Part shown: positions 50,301-58,878 of the stretch, in pieces
How positions within the stretch are numbered: the first letter of the stretch is position 1
Layout of the letters: every line of letters begins with the position of its first letter
From: Fibrobacterales bacterium
Lineage (GTDB): Bacteria > Fibrobacterota > Fibrobacteria > Fibrobacterales > JAOPTW01
Reading direction: 5' to 3'
DNA: 64,000 nt
Assembly (NCBI GenBank): GCA_051532055.1
Contig: JAOPTX010000032.1
Location: forward strand, 64,001-128,000
Made by a program: the position numbers and the translations under genes
The notes under the pieces: generated by a model
Told to the model about the DNA's origin: nothing
Database searches by the model: none
Seen by the model: only the letters and a program-made list of their open reading frames with translations

Positions 50301-52237
50301 CTATATGCCTTCGTGATGGACTCGGTAACCTCATAAGTCGCGTTGACTACACCGACTCCCTGCCCTGGTCTCCTCTTGCAGATGGCAGTGGGAACTCACT
50401 TGAAATTACTCTCTTGACTGACACAACAAATACTGCTTTTCACGGGAACTGGGGTGCATCATTCCAAATCCATGGTACTCCTGGTGCCTTACCAGCACCT
50501 CCAAAACCCCCGTCATATACACTGACTTATAAACCAGGTATTAAAAATATTTTCGGATCCCTTATAATAGACGGCGATACGAATACCACTGATGTAACCA
50601 TCACACTCGAACAAGATCTTATTACCGACTCTATCAAGGCCCTCCCCAATTATGGCTACCGTTTTGATGGTTGGACTGATGGCTCTATGCAAAACCCTCG
50701 TGTCGACACCGCAACGGCTGAATTTTCTGTCATAACGAAGTTTGTCCCTCTTGACATGCAGGTTACCTACACCGCACTTACCGGCGGTACCCTGACAGGT
50801 ACACCTGCGCAAACTATTCCATACCTCACCCAAACAACAGTAGTGACGGCAACCGCAGACCCACACTACACTTTTATTCAGTGGTCAGATGGTTTAACTA
50901 CTGCCACTCGAAATGATACTGCATTGGTCATGGATACAACAATTACTGCCGAGTTTACTCTCAATCTTTTTGATGTAACGCTCCAGTCAGCCGGAAATGG
51001 CACCATTTCACCAACAGTCGATACCACCATCATCAGTGGTTCAACTATTGCTCTTACTGCAGTGCCTCATGAACACTACCATTTTACTCATTGGGACGTT
51101 ACCGAAGGCTTATCAGTCATTGATGCCAACACCTCATCTACAAGCCTTAATGCTGTATTGAGTAATGGTACCGTAACGGGACATTTTACTGCCGATACTT
51201 ACACCGTAACCTATGCAACAAAACAATCAAATGGCACAATCAATGGTACTACCAAACAAACCATCACTGCTTTTGAGGCCACGAGCTCTGTAACTGCAGT
51301 TCCTCAAACGGGGCTTCATTTTGTATCCTGGTCTGATGGTTCTATTGCCAATCCACGATCCGATAGTGCCTTCTACAAAGACACCACCTTTACGGCAAAC
51401 TTTTCGAGAAACAACTACACGTTAACGATCATTCTCGGAACCTTCGATACCATAGTTCAAACGATCCCTCATGGATCTGGACTCAGAATGTCGGCCACCT
51501 CTTCTCCGCAACACACCTTTTCCGGCTGGACTGCAACTGAGGGAATTACACTTTCTGACCCTGATTCATTAATTGTAAACCTTACTAATATTACCGAATC
51601 TGCAACCGTAACTGCTCACTTTATATCTCAGGCATTTGAGGTAAATTATAGCGCCTCGAATGGTGGTACCGTGACAGGTGAAAAAACGCAACTCGTTCAG
51701 TATGGTTCAAATGTTTCTTCTGTTACCGCAGTACCTGACCCTGGCTATACGTTTTTAGGATGGTCTGATGGCCTTACCGATAACCCTAGAACTGATATGA
51801 ATATTAATCACGTGCTGAATATAAACGCTCTGTTTGAACAGGCGGCAGCTACTGATCCAGATGTTCTCGATCCAACACAACCCAATGACACCATTATAGG
51901 TGATGCTAACCCAGACGACACCCTATCAACGCCTCTGAATGAGTTTAGCTCAGTAACCCCACTCACATTGACGCTCCAAAAACTCTATGATAGTCGTACC
52001 CTTGTTACTCTCGGTGGCGATAATATAGAGGGGGCTCAGTTACAAGTATTCACTATTGATGGCACCATGATAACAACCCTCACATCAGAACGTGACCTCT
52101 ATGTCATTGAAAATAGTGCACTCTCCTATGAACTACCTTCTGATGACTTTGCGCCGGGCCTCTACATCGTTTCGGCTCAAACCCTCATGAGTGACGGGTC
52201 TCAAAAATTCATCTCGAGACAGCTTCGTATCAAGTAA
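47339..52237 (+). CDS. Secreted CotH kinase + 2 lamin-tail domains + InlB B-repeat-like repeats + T9SS-like CTD
   Basis: IWYTLDGSDP; GVRIRGGYSR; YWGLY...ER; GDRD; NNFY; HDAE; INEIHYNP and LSEIHYHP (LTD); GY.F.GWSDG repeats; QVFTIDG...PGLYIV. Confidence 0.85.
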   Translation: MIQSTFGHVLLFSRFVTVTVALLITCTSSSLFAEQVKDTKFAVGRGFYEGVIYDTITTKTEGATIWYTLDGSDPSDENSRRLSTGFDGTSGDSIIVEINPLSTDNDRPFTPGVVIRAFAQAEQSSGLDDTDIDTHTYLFVKEVPNITMGNWKPGSEWPDQRKIDKNAFTPQSFDYRIDPNTVSHYGSESIILSLKSIPSIMLTVPTDSLFDDNYGIYANAWKRKGYNFDDWERSGSIEIITHNDSISEQVNTGVRIRGGYSRHGGNPKHAFRLFFRSEYGDSKFNFPLFGTEGVSKFDKIDLRTAQNHSWSFKGSGNNTFLHDVFSRDLQREMGQPYGRSRYYHLYINGLYWGLYQSEERPEAAFASSYFGGDADDYDVLKVKGRIYENGNFVDYYTLDTEGVNTALYRDLFEKTKNKVTSVTEYYSLQSKDRDGIYDPNGTKLLDPINLADYMIGIYYTGDRDAPITEYQGNTKLNNFYCFINRENPDGFKWIRHDAEHSLDRTGVDKNRTGPFDNTQQFHLFNPQVLHQQLIDNSEYRTLFSDRVYRHFYNNGALTIHNTEELLISRRDEVEGAIIAESARWGDTHISGNGFLSYDDWSTAVDTTLLQNYIPHRLSKVKSQLRDKGWLSSMYPPEVKRNGNKIEVQSTGFTLGETIIFDSPNAIYYTFNGSDPRASRGGIQGILYSSNSLIPIEHGVLKVRSHDGNNWSPLREIQFLHELAPQSLAINEIHYNPFDTLYQGDTEATDETDFQYIELKNTSSEQLNLTGVTFTQGVFYDFPDNTVIEPGELYVIATSIPDFEARYGFKPHGWMKGELSKRGEPLVIKDWLGTIVDSVSYLDDSPWNAEADGEGLSLIRIDPTTGANDPLNWTASKQFSGSPNVENSTTVAPSPLQNVKLSEIHYHPKDSGLVDDDEYEFLEFYNTSDQELSLKDLRFTSGVNYWFPDITIKPDSFYVIASNATEFTARYGFAPHAEYTKGLSNSGESICLRDGLGNLISRVDYTDSLPWSPLADGSGNSLEITLLTDTTNTAFHGNWGASFQIHGTPGALPAPPKPPSYTLTYKPGIKNIFGSLIIDGDTNTTDVTITLEQDLITDSIKALPNYGYRFDGWTDGSMQNPRVDTATAEFSVITKFVPLDMQVTYTALTGGTLTGTPAQTIPYLTQTTVVTATADPHYTFIQWSDGLTTATRNDTALVMDTTITAEFTLNLFDVTLQSAGNGTISPTVDTTIISGSTIALTAVPHEHYHFTHWDVTEGLSVIDANTSSTSLNAVLSNGTVTGHFTADTYTVTYATKQSNGTINGTTKQTITAFEATSSVTAVPQTGLHFVSWSDGSIANPRSDSAFYKDTTFTANFSRNNYTLTIILGTFDTIVQTIPHGSGLRMSATSSPQHTFSGWTATEGITLSDPDSLIVNLTNITESATVTAHFISQAFEVNYSASNGGTVTGEKTQLVQYGSNVSSVTAVPDPGYTFLGWSDGLTDNPRTDMNINHVLNINALFEQAAATDPDVLDPTQPNDTIIGDANPDDTLSTPLNEFSSVTPLTLTLQKLYDSRTLVTLGGDNIEGAQLQVFTIDGTMITTLTSERDLYVIENSALSYELPSDDFAPGLYIVSAQTLMSDGSQKFISRQLRIK

Positions 52238-52284
52238 AAAAAAGAGCCGTGTATCAATCAAAACCTGATAGATACACGGCTTTA
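52236..52284. terminator. Bidirectional intrinsic terminator between convergent genes
   Basis: A-run, AGCCGTGTATC...GATACACGGCT, then TT. Confidence 0.75.
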
Positions 52285-52312
52285 AAATACTTACTCAGTC
52301 TTAATGTTAAGG

Positions 52313-53776
52313 TTACCGTGAACGAACTACTCTAAAGCCTACATCTACAGCACTATCCGCAAAACCCCATGATTCAAATAACTCATCTCCGTAGATTGCT
52401 ATAGAGGTATCAAGATAACTTCCTCCAGCAACCTGTAATGTACCATTTAAATCGAGCGTCAGTTCAGCCGCATTACCAATCAAATCATACAGATGCCCAA
52501 CACTTGGCTTAAGGTATGACCCTACACCACTTAACTGACCCGTGCTATTAACATACTTACGCACATCTTCATCAAGGCTTGATCCTCCCCAAAAATAGGC
52601 AACGACCTCATCCTCAGTGTATCCATAGGTATAGGCCGCTTTCCATTCATCAGATGTAGGGAGTCGATAGCCATTTGCGCGAATCATACTGAGTGAACCA
52701 CCCTCAATGTTTCGATACACTGGAGTCAACCCTTCACTTTCGGAACGCGCATTACAATAAAGCATCATCTCTTTGAGTGTTAACGAGGTTTTTGGCAATT
52801 GCTCAGTACCCGGAACAAGACCACCCCCCATTAATGCTGCATACTGCTTGTGCGTCACCTCATATGACCCTATATAGAAGGCATCATTGATGAGTTGTAA
52901 CGCCCCTTCTTCAGGATTCTGTTCAGCAAAGCGGGCCATTGCAAGTGAGCGCATTGCAACAGGACTCACCGCATACGGTTCTGGTATATTGACAAGGTAG
53001 CTATTCTTCTGTTGATCCAAGTAGAATGCATACGTATACCTACCACTAAAAAAGAGCTGTTGTATCAAGCTATCCCGCTGAGTGATCCCCAATTGGCTCA
53101 ATACATCATCATACTCTGCAATAATATCTTTAGTATCATAAGCATAGATAAAGAGTGAATCAAGAAGTGTTCTACCCAGTGCATAGAGCGCGCCATCTAA
53201 ATCGTATTCAGGATTGCTCTCTAGATATTGAGTATAGAGGCCAACATAAGCCTTTACCGAATCTATATCTACGCTCGTAACCACCCGATCAGTAATTGTA
53301 CTCTTTACTACCTCATAGGTAATTACTCCTTGATGAGGAAACAATCTGATGAGATCAACAGTAAGGTTATTTGCCTCACATTCTTTAAGAATTGACCCTT
53401 TACCCGTCAGTGAAACGCCTCCATTGGTGACATTCATTTTTCTCGAGAAGGTCGCATAGCGAATATCATATTGAGAGCGAGCATCGCCATTAATAGAGAG
53501 TGTAAGCTCATTTTTTTGCTCTACCCCATCATAACGTACATCATAAAAGTCACAGGTTGCATCACTCTGTTGCACCATATCTTCACTACAGTGAACTTCA
53601 CTGTTTGCCAATGCCCCATCAATATAATAGGCAACAACCATGCTATCGAGCTGTTCTCCATTAGGGAGCTCATGACTGATATGATACGGCTGTGTGTAAT
53701 TATTACTTTCTACGATACACCCTACAAAGAGTGCTGGAATAAGGCTGAAGAGGAGCGCTTTCATAATTGTTCTCAC
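52313..53776 (-). CDS. Lipoprotein with C-terminal FGE-sulfatase (SUMF1) domain
   Basis: Lipobox FVGC; YEVT, YRLPTSDEW, LYDLIGNAAE, GGSY, GFRVVR. Confidence 0.85.
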   Translation of the reverse strand: MRTIMKALLFSLIPALFVGCIVESNNYTQPYHISHELPNGEQLDSMVVAYYIDGALANSEVHCSEDMVQQSDATCDFYDVRYDGVEQKNELTLSINGDARSQYDIRYATFSRKMNVTNGGVSLTGKGSILKECEANNLTVDLIRLFPHQGVITYEVVKSTITDRVVTSVDIDSVKAYVGLYTQYLESNPEYDLDGALYALGRTLLDSLFIYAYDTKDIIAEYDDVLSQLGITQRDSLIQQLFFSGRYTYAFYLDQQKNSYLVNIPEPYAVSPVAMRSLAMARFAEQNPEEGALQLINDAFYIGSYEVTHKQYAALMGGGLVPGTEQLPKTSLTLKEMMLYCNARSESEGLTPVYRNIEGGSLSMIRANGYRLPTSDEWKAAYTYGYTEDEVVAYFWGGSSLDEDVRKYVNSTGQLSGVGSYLKPSVGHLYDLIGNAAELTLDLNGTLQVAGGSYLDTSIAIYGDELFESWGFADSAVDVGFRVVRSR

Positions 53777-54064
53777 TTAATACTGATGTTCTAGCACTAA
53801 TGGTAAAAACTTGCACACCTCTCGGCATTCAATTCAAGTGATCTGCAAGTCACATTCCTGCATTTCCGTTTCAAAAAGTGTTTAAGAAATTGTACTTTGG
53901 TGTTTAAGAGATAATAATGAGGGTTGATGAGGGAGTTCTTGATTATTGGCTGGAATGAGGTGATTTTGTTTGATTTTAGGGTGGAGTTTAAACGGAGGGG
54001 AGATTTAAAGCGTATTTAATTTCGTGTTTCGCGAAATGTGAAAATCGGTATCCTGTAAAACTCC

Positions 54065-54346
54065 TCACAACGACTTCACCTTTTTGCTCAACCGGGCCGC
54101 ATGATTAAGACGCTTAACCTTCTTCGTACTTTGCGCATTATACAGATCAGTAGCCCGTTGAATATTAAGCCAAAAGTCTGGCATTGTGCCAAAGGCTTGA
54201 GAGAAGAGGATTACTGTTTCTGCGGATATACCTCGTTTGCCTTTCACGATTATATTTACTCTATTTGATGAAATTCCTGGGGGTCTTGCAAACTCTGCTT
54301 TCGTCATACCAATAGGATCTAAAAATTCATAGAGAAGTATTTCACC
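54065..54346 (-). pseudogene. higA: 5'-truncated orphan HigA-family antitoxin
   Basis: HigA motifs RGISAETV.LFSQAFGTMPDFWLNIQ. The in-frame upstream GEILLYEFLDPIG matches the HPGEIL.EEFL.P motif, but HP is missing, no ATG lies between it and the next in-frame stop, and no higB is adjacent. Confidence 0.7.
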
Positions 54347-54479
54347 TTCATTCTTTCCATATATAAGCAGCCAGATTTTATATGATACTCCCTATGATCA
54401 ACAAAATTCCGTTCCAAGAAAAGCATGGGAAAATGCAACGCTAGATCCTCTTCAATAGCAGGTTGTTATGTAATATTCG

Positions 54480-57400
54480 CTAAGGATCTTGAACGCAACG
54501 TACAGAGTAGTCATTCGACTTAGTCATATTGCTTCCACCGATATGAGTGTTAAATTTATGAGATATAGTCCTGGTATAGACGCTATTGGTGCTATTTTCT
54601 CGTTGAGTAGCACTCCACCACTCTGTATTGCTATCAGCTCTTACGAATTCTCCATCATAATAATTACGTCTTCCAGCAGGCAGGGCGGAAAACCCGTAAT
54701 CATCCGTTCCAGATCCATTGTCAGCCCATGTATCAGTACTTTTTAGTCTTCTTGCTACTTCATTACTTCCAGTGGTAGATTCAACAAAATTACTTAGCGC
54801 ACTCCATTCATCATCACTAGGTAAATGCCATCCATTTGGACAAATTCCTTGGTGCTCAATGTCACTTCCAGGCCAAGTTGTTGTATTGAAAGAGAAATCA
54901 ACTTTCATTGCAGTTCGCCAATCATATAAACGGCCATAAGTATCGCAGGTTATACTATCTGTATGATCTAATTTTCCATAACAATAACCAGTTGAAAATG
55001 TTTTATTGCCATTATCATCATCACCTGAGTAATTTAAGTTTTCAGCAAACCAAACTTGAGTTCCAATAGATATAATATCATATTCTTCACCGTCACGACC
55101 ATCAATAATCATCCCTGCTCCATTTTGGGGTGTATCCAATATTACCCCGGTATATTTAGAATCATTACTTACACTATTTACTCCATCAGAGCAAGTGACT
55201 AGTACATAAACATGCTCCCCAACATCGTCCGAGGTTAATGTATATGTTAAATTTTGCTCTCCACTAATAGCAACTCCATTGTTTCCGGAATCAGAACTAT
55301 CTCTATACCACTGATAACTAAATTCAGCACTAGGATTTTCCAAATCTATACATGTGCCTCTAGGACTTACTGTTAAGACAGAGTCTTTATAATCGGCTCC
55401 ACTTATTGACGGTGAACCAGTATACTCTGGGGGGTCATCCACAGCCTCAATTCTAACATCCAACACAACAATATCCCGAAATACCCCATCATCAATTTCA
55501 ATCTTTAATGAGTCAACACCGTTTGCGTTTTCTTTCAACACATAACTAATTACACCTGTCATACCATCAATCATCACAGTAGCAGAGTCAGGTCCCTCTA
55601 TCAATCGCCATACAACAGTATCACCATCAGCATCGCTAAAACTTAAAGAAAAAACACTATCAATATCTTCTACCATATCAAGCTGCATTCGATCACCAAT
55701 CACAAACTCCGGTGCATTATCATTTTCATTTCCCACATTAATATCAACTTTAACATCAACAGAGTCGTCACCATCTGATACTGTTACTATAAGTGAATAC
55801 CTACCTTGAATCTCATAGTCAAGTTCTTCTTTTACCTCAACAACTCCACTAAATACTCCAACAGAAAAAACATTGCTATCTCCAGACTTCAACGTGAATC
55901 GTTGCTGCTCATTATCTGCATCAATTGAAAAAACCGTTCCAACTATAGCAGTTTGATTTTCTTTTATGGAAAATGTATCGGGAATTGCCACAGGAACACT
56001 ATTTACTACGGCAACCTCTACGGTATCAATAACAACATTATTATCATCATCTACTGCCATAAGAGCATATTTAAATGCCCCCTTACTACCAGGATTTTGA
56101 ATTTTACGGGTTGTCGCTAATCCCATTGAAGTCCATGCATTATCATACACCTCCCTAAAAGAGTAACTGACAATATCCCCGTATGCGTCGCTTCCTGTCC
56201 AATTAAATACTAATGAATCAGCTTTCGTTACACTTGGTAATTCTGCCACTAAACTCACCTCCGGCTCATCCAACAACACCCTAACCACAACCGAGTCCAA
56301 AACCACATTACTATCACCATCCATAACCCGCACATACACCGGATAGTTCACATTAGCCGTATCAGGAACCCGAATAGAAAACACCGAATCAACCTGCGCA
56401 ACAAACACACCCGCTACACCATGCTTCCACTCAACCGAAACAACAGCGCCACCATCCAAGGTGTCTTTCGCACTATACTTTAACTCAATAGAATCCTTAA
56501 TAGAAACATCCACCAGTGAATCAATCTGGACCCACGGCTTCGAATTCCACGCATCAAAAGGCGCTACTTCCACATCAAAGCTCAAGTTGGTAAACGCCTT
56601 CTGCTTATACCCCGTCAAATGCCCCAGTGCGCCATACACTTTAATCTCAACAGAGTAGTTTGTACCCACAACGGCCTGTTTTATAAAACCAGTATATTTT
56701 GTAAGCTCTGCATCATAAGCCGCCTGTTTAACAACGGGAATTACAATATTATCTCCCGACAAGGTTATGAAAACAGTCGCAACATCCGTAGCATGCGCAT
56801 CTATCACACCATGAAAAGTAAAGGTCGTAGAATCCCCAACTACAACTGCTGCCACAGAACTTGAACTAACCGCCCCCACCGCACTCGACAAACCACCTAC
56901 CTCAGCCGAACTAGAAGAAACCCCTACAGGATCAGGTAATTGAGCGGTCGTATCTGTATTAAGTGCAACATACCCCATAATCTCAACTTCAGAAACACCA
57001 ATAAGACCTTCCAAGGTTTTCGCAGCCGCAGCATCCCCACGCCCAGTAAGTGAGTCCTTAAGGGCCACAACAAATGAGGCAATGTCGACACCCTCTTTTT
57101 TACTATAGGTTTCAAACAGTGTAGAGATAGTAGAGTCAATGACCGTCGTATCCTCTTTGAGAACATACCCAACAAACAACGAGTCAAGGAGCTGGGCCTG
57201 GCCCGTAGAATCAATAATGGTATCAGTGGTAACGCGACCCTGATATTCAAGCAACAGCTGAACTATCTTGGGGTTTACCCCGCCGGTTCCATTGGGATTT
57301 TCATCGGTAAAAGTAAAGCTTTTCCCTTTTTCAACAACGGGAATACCGTAAGAGTAACAGCGATAGGACACATCGACCTGTGCATCAAGTTCCGCACTGA

Positions 57401-57632
57401 TAGGAAAATCAACCGCTATGGCGCCTGCCCCATCATAGGCATCACCTCGTAGAAATTTTAATGTATCAGTAGCGCCATCGATGGTTCTTGCGACAATGAT
57501 ACTATCAATAACGAGTCCATTAGCGTTTTCGATATTTATGACATAGTCACGTGAATCGGCAATGTTGGTTGATTCGCACCCTAGAAACATAAACGCTATT
57601 AACGCAGAAATAAGTATTCCAATGAATTTCAT
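54480..57632 (-). CDS. Lipoprotein with Ser-rich linker, Ig/cadherin repeats and C-terminal FISUMP (Fib_succ_major) domain
   Basis: Lipobox FLGC; LDYE and NENDNAPEF; DGRDGEEY..IGTQVWFAENLNY, YGRLYDW, GICPNGWHLPS..EW, GFSALPAG, SVRCV. Confidence 0.88.
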   Translation of the reverse strand: MKFIGILISALIAFMFLGCESTNIADSRDYVINIENANGLVIDSIIVARTIDGATDTLKFLRGDAYDGAGAIAVDFPISAELDAQVDVSYRCYSYGIPVVEKGKSFTFTDENPNGTGGVNPKIVQLLLEYQGRVTTDTIIDSTGQAQLLDSLFVGYVLKEDTTVIDSTISTLFETYSKKEGVDIASFVVALKDSLTGRGDAAAAKTLEGLIGVSEVEIMGYVALNTDTTAQLPDPVGVSSSSAEVGGLSSAVGAVSSSSVAAVVVGDSTTFTFHGVIDAHATDVATVFITLSGDNIVIPVVKQAAYDAELTKYTGFIKQAVVGTNYSVEIKVYGALGHLTGYKQKAFTNLSFDVEVAPFDAWNSKPWVQIDSLVDVSIKDSIELKYSAKDTLDGGAVVSVEWKHGVAGVFVAQVDSVFSIRVPDTANVNYPVYVRVMDGDSNVVLDSVVVRVLLDEPEVSLVAELPSVTKADSLVFNWTGSDAYGDIVSYSFREVYDNAWTSMGLATTRKIQNPGSKGAFKYALMAVDDDNNVVIDTVEVAVVNSVPVAIPDTFSIKENQTAIVGTVFSIDADNEQQRFTLKSGDSNVFSVGVFSGVVEVKEELDYEIQGRYSLIVTVSDGDDSVDVKVDINVGNENDNAPEFVIGDRMQLDMVEDIDSVFSLSFSDADGDTVVWRLIEGPDSATVMIDGMTGVISYVLKENANGVDSLKIEIDDGVFRDIVVLDVRIEAVDDPPEYTGSPSISGADYKDSVLTVSPRGTCIDLENPSAEFSYQWYRDSSDSGNNGVAISGEQNLTYTLTSDDVGEHVYVLVTCSDGVNSVSNDSKYTGVILDTPQNGAGMIIDGRDGEEYDIISIGTQVWFAENLNYSGDDDNGNKTFSTGYCYGKLDHTDSITCDTYGRLYDWRTAMKVDFSFNTTTWPGSDIEHQGICPNGWHLPSDDEWSALSNFVESTTGSNEVARRLKSTDTWADNGSGTDDYGFSALPAGRRNYYDGEFVRADSNTEWWSATQRENSTNSVYTRTISHKFNTHIGGSNMTKSNDYSVRCVQDP

Positions 57633-57875
57633 ATCACTCTCTTCTAAAAAATGGATCTACATAGATGTTTTATAAGCAGACACAGCTATCGCTGACGGGC
57701 GTAAAGATAGTAAACGTTAAACCCAATTGTATCAAACTCAAATTGTTCTGAGGGCCGGCGTGATGGTGGTCACACTCTCTTACTCACACTATTTTAAAGT
57801 CGAGCGATCACCCATTAATCACAAAACGTCCCAACACAACGAAACCATCGATATACACAGCAAAATCACCTGGTT

Positions 57876-57911
57876 TTTTTTCACAAAAATGACGTCACTT
57901 TTGTGAAAAAA
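57876..57911. promoter_or_regulatory. 36-bp near-perfect palindrome, candidate operator
   Basis: TTTTTTCACAAAAATGAC|GTCACTTTTGTGAAAAAA; 17 of 18 pairs match; no loop. Confidence 0.5.
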
Positions 57912-58203
57912 TGATCACTGTAACTTTGCATAACTCAAACTATTCTATAAGAGGTACGTACATGTAAAACGGAAAAACATTACCGTAAATGGTACAAAAA
58001 TAGTGGGCTCTTTTCATCTCTATCACTCAAGATTACCATTCGTTAAAAAGGTTCTTTACAAGTCATACTAAGATTGTACTGTATCTATACTATTCAAATC
58101 AAGAAATATTTACAGTAACTTCTTTAGCTATAAAAAACTCTATCAATGATCCGTCTACATTCTCTGAACATGAGCATTAGCTATACTACCTATAACTACA
58201 GAC

Positions 58204-58236
58204 AAAAAAAGCCATCTCAAAGAGACGGCTTTTTTA
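58204..58236 (-). terminator. Intrinsic terminator downstream of tRNA-His
   Basis: AAAAAAAGCCATCTC-aaa-GAGACGGCTTTTTT. Confidence 0.8.
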
Positions 58237-58241
58237 TAAAG

Positions 58242-58315
58242 GGTGATTGAAGGGGTTTGAACCCTCGACAACCGGAATCACAATCCGGGACTCTACCAAC
58301 TGAGCTACAACCACC
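58242..58315 (-). tRNA. tRNA-His (GTG)
   Basis: Minus strand GGTGGTTGTAGCTCAGTTGGTAGAGTCCCGGATT-GTG-ATTCCGGTTGTCGAGGGTTCAAACCCCTTCAATCACC. Encoded G-1, C discriminator, CCA not encoded. Confidence 0.96.
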
Positions 58316-58383
58316 ACGATGCCACAAATGTAAAATAGTTTTCTGCAAAATACAAGGAAAAAGCAGAAGTGAAACTATAATAC

Positions 58384-58782
58384 CTACCCTTTAGGGGCTC
58401 TCATTTCCGCTTCTCTGAGCTTACGCTTTTGAAGACGGGCAAAGTTTTTACGTTTAAAATCATTACGGTGCTCTGAACAAAATTTTGGATAGATAAACTG
58501 TTTAGGGAATATCTTTACCGGAAATAATGTATTACAACCTTCAAGGCAACAAAGAAAAGGCGACTCGACAACTTCAGTCAAGTTATGCTTAAACACCATA
58601 TTTTTAGATTCTACAGAGTCAAGATTCTTTTTCTGCTTTTGACGCTGTTTAATATCTCTATGAAGCTCACAATATTTTGCAATTGGATGTCCCCAGAACT
58701 CACGGCCACAACCGGGTTCTTGACACACCTTGAGCTTAATTCTCTTTTTCTTTTTGTACTTTGGTAACTGCACCAGTACCAC
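58384..58782 (-). CDS. Basic hypothetical protein with two Cys/His clusters (putative Zn-binding)
   Basis: CQEPGC...KYCELH and CCLEGC...KFCSEH; Lys/Arg-rich. The start may be GTG at 58773. Confidence 0.7.
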   Translation of the reverse strand: MVLVQLPKYKKKKRIKLKVCQEPGCGREFWGHPIAKYCELHRDIKQRQKQKKNLDSVESKNMVFKHNLTEVVESPFLCCLEGCNTLFPVKIFPKQFIYPKFCSEHRNDFKRKNFARLQKRKLREAEMRAPKG

Positions 58783-58878
58783 CTCTAATCAGAAAGTTTT
58801 TCAAATATAATGAAATAGTAGGGATTTTCAACAAAAAACCCCCGACTGATTTCACTTAATAGTATTAGCTACAAGAAG

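Noticed and set aside
53801..53815. Sigma-54 promoter (TGGTAAAAACTTGCA)
   Set aside because: GG-to-GC spacing is 9 rather than 10 nt, and it points away from the adjacent gene.
27347..57632. Diversity-generating retroelement targeting the FGE/CLec and FISUMP C-termini
   Set aside because: These folds are known DGR targets, but I saw no reverse transcriptase and no near-identical template repeat with adenine-specific mismatches in the window. A remote DGR cannot be excluded without a genome search.
58242..58315. tRNA-His as the att site of an integrated island
   Set aside because: No integrase, and no duplicated tRNA 3' end was spotted in the window by eye.
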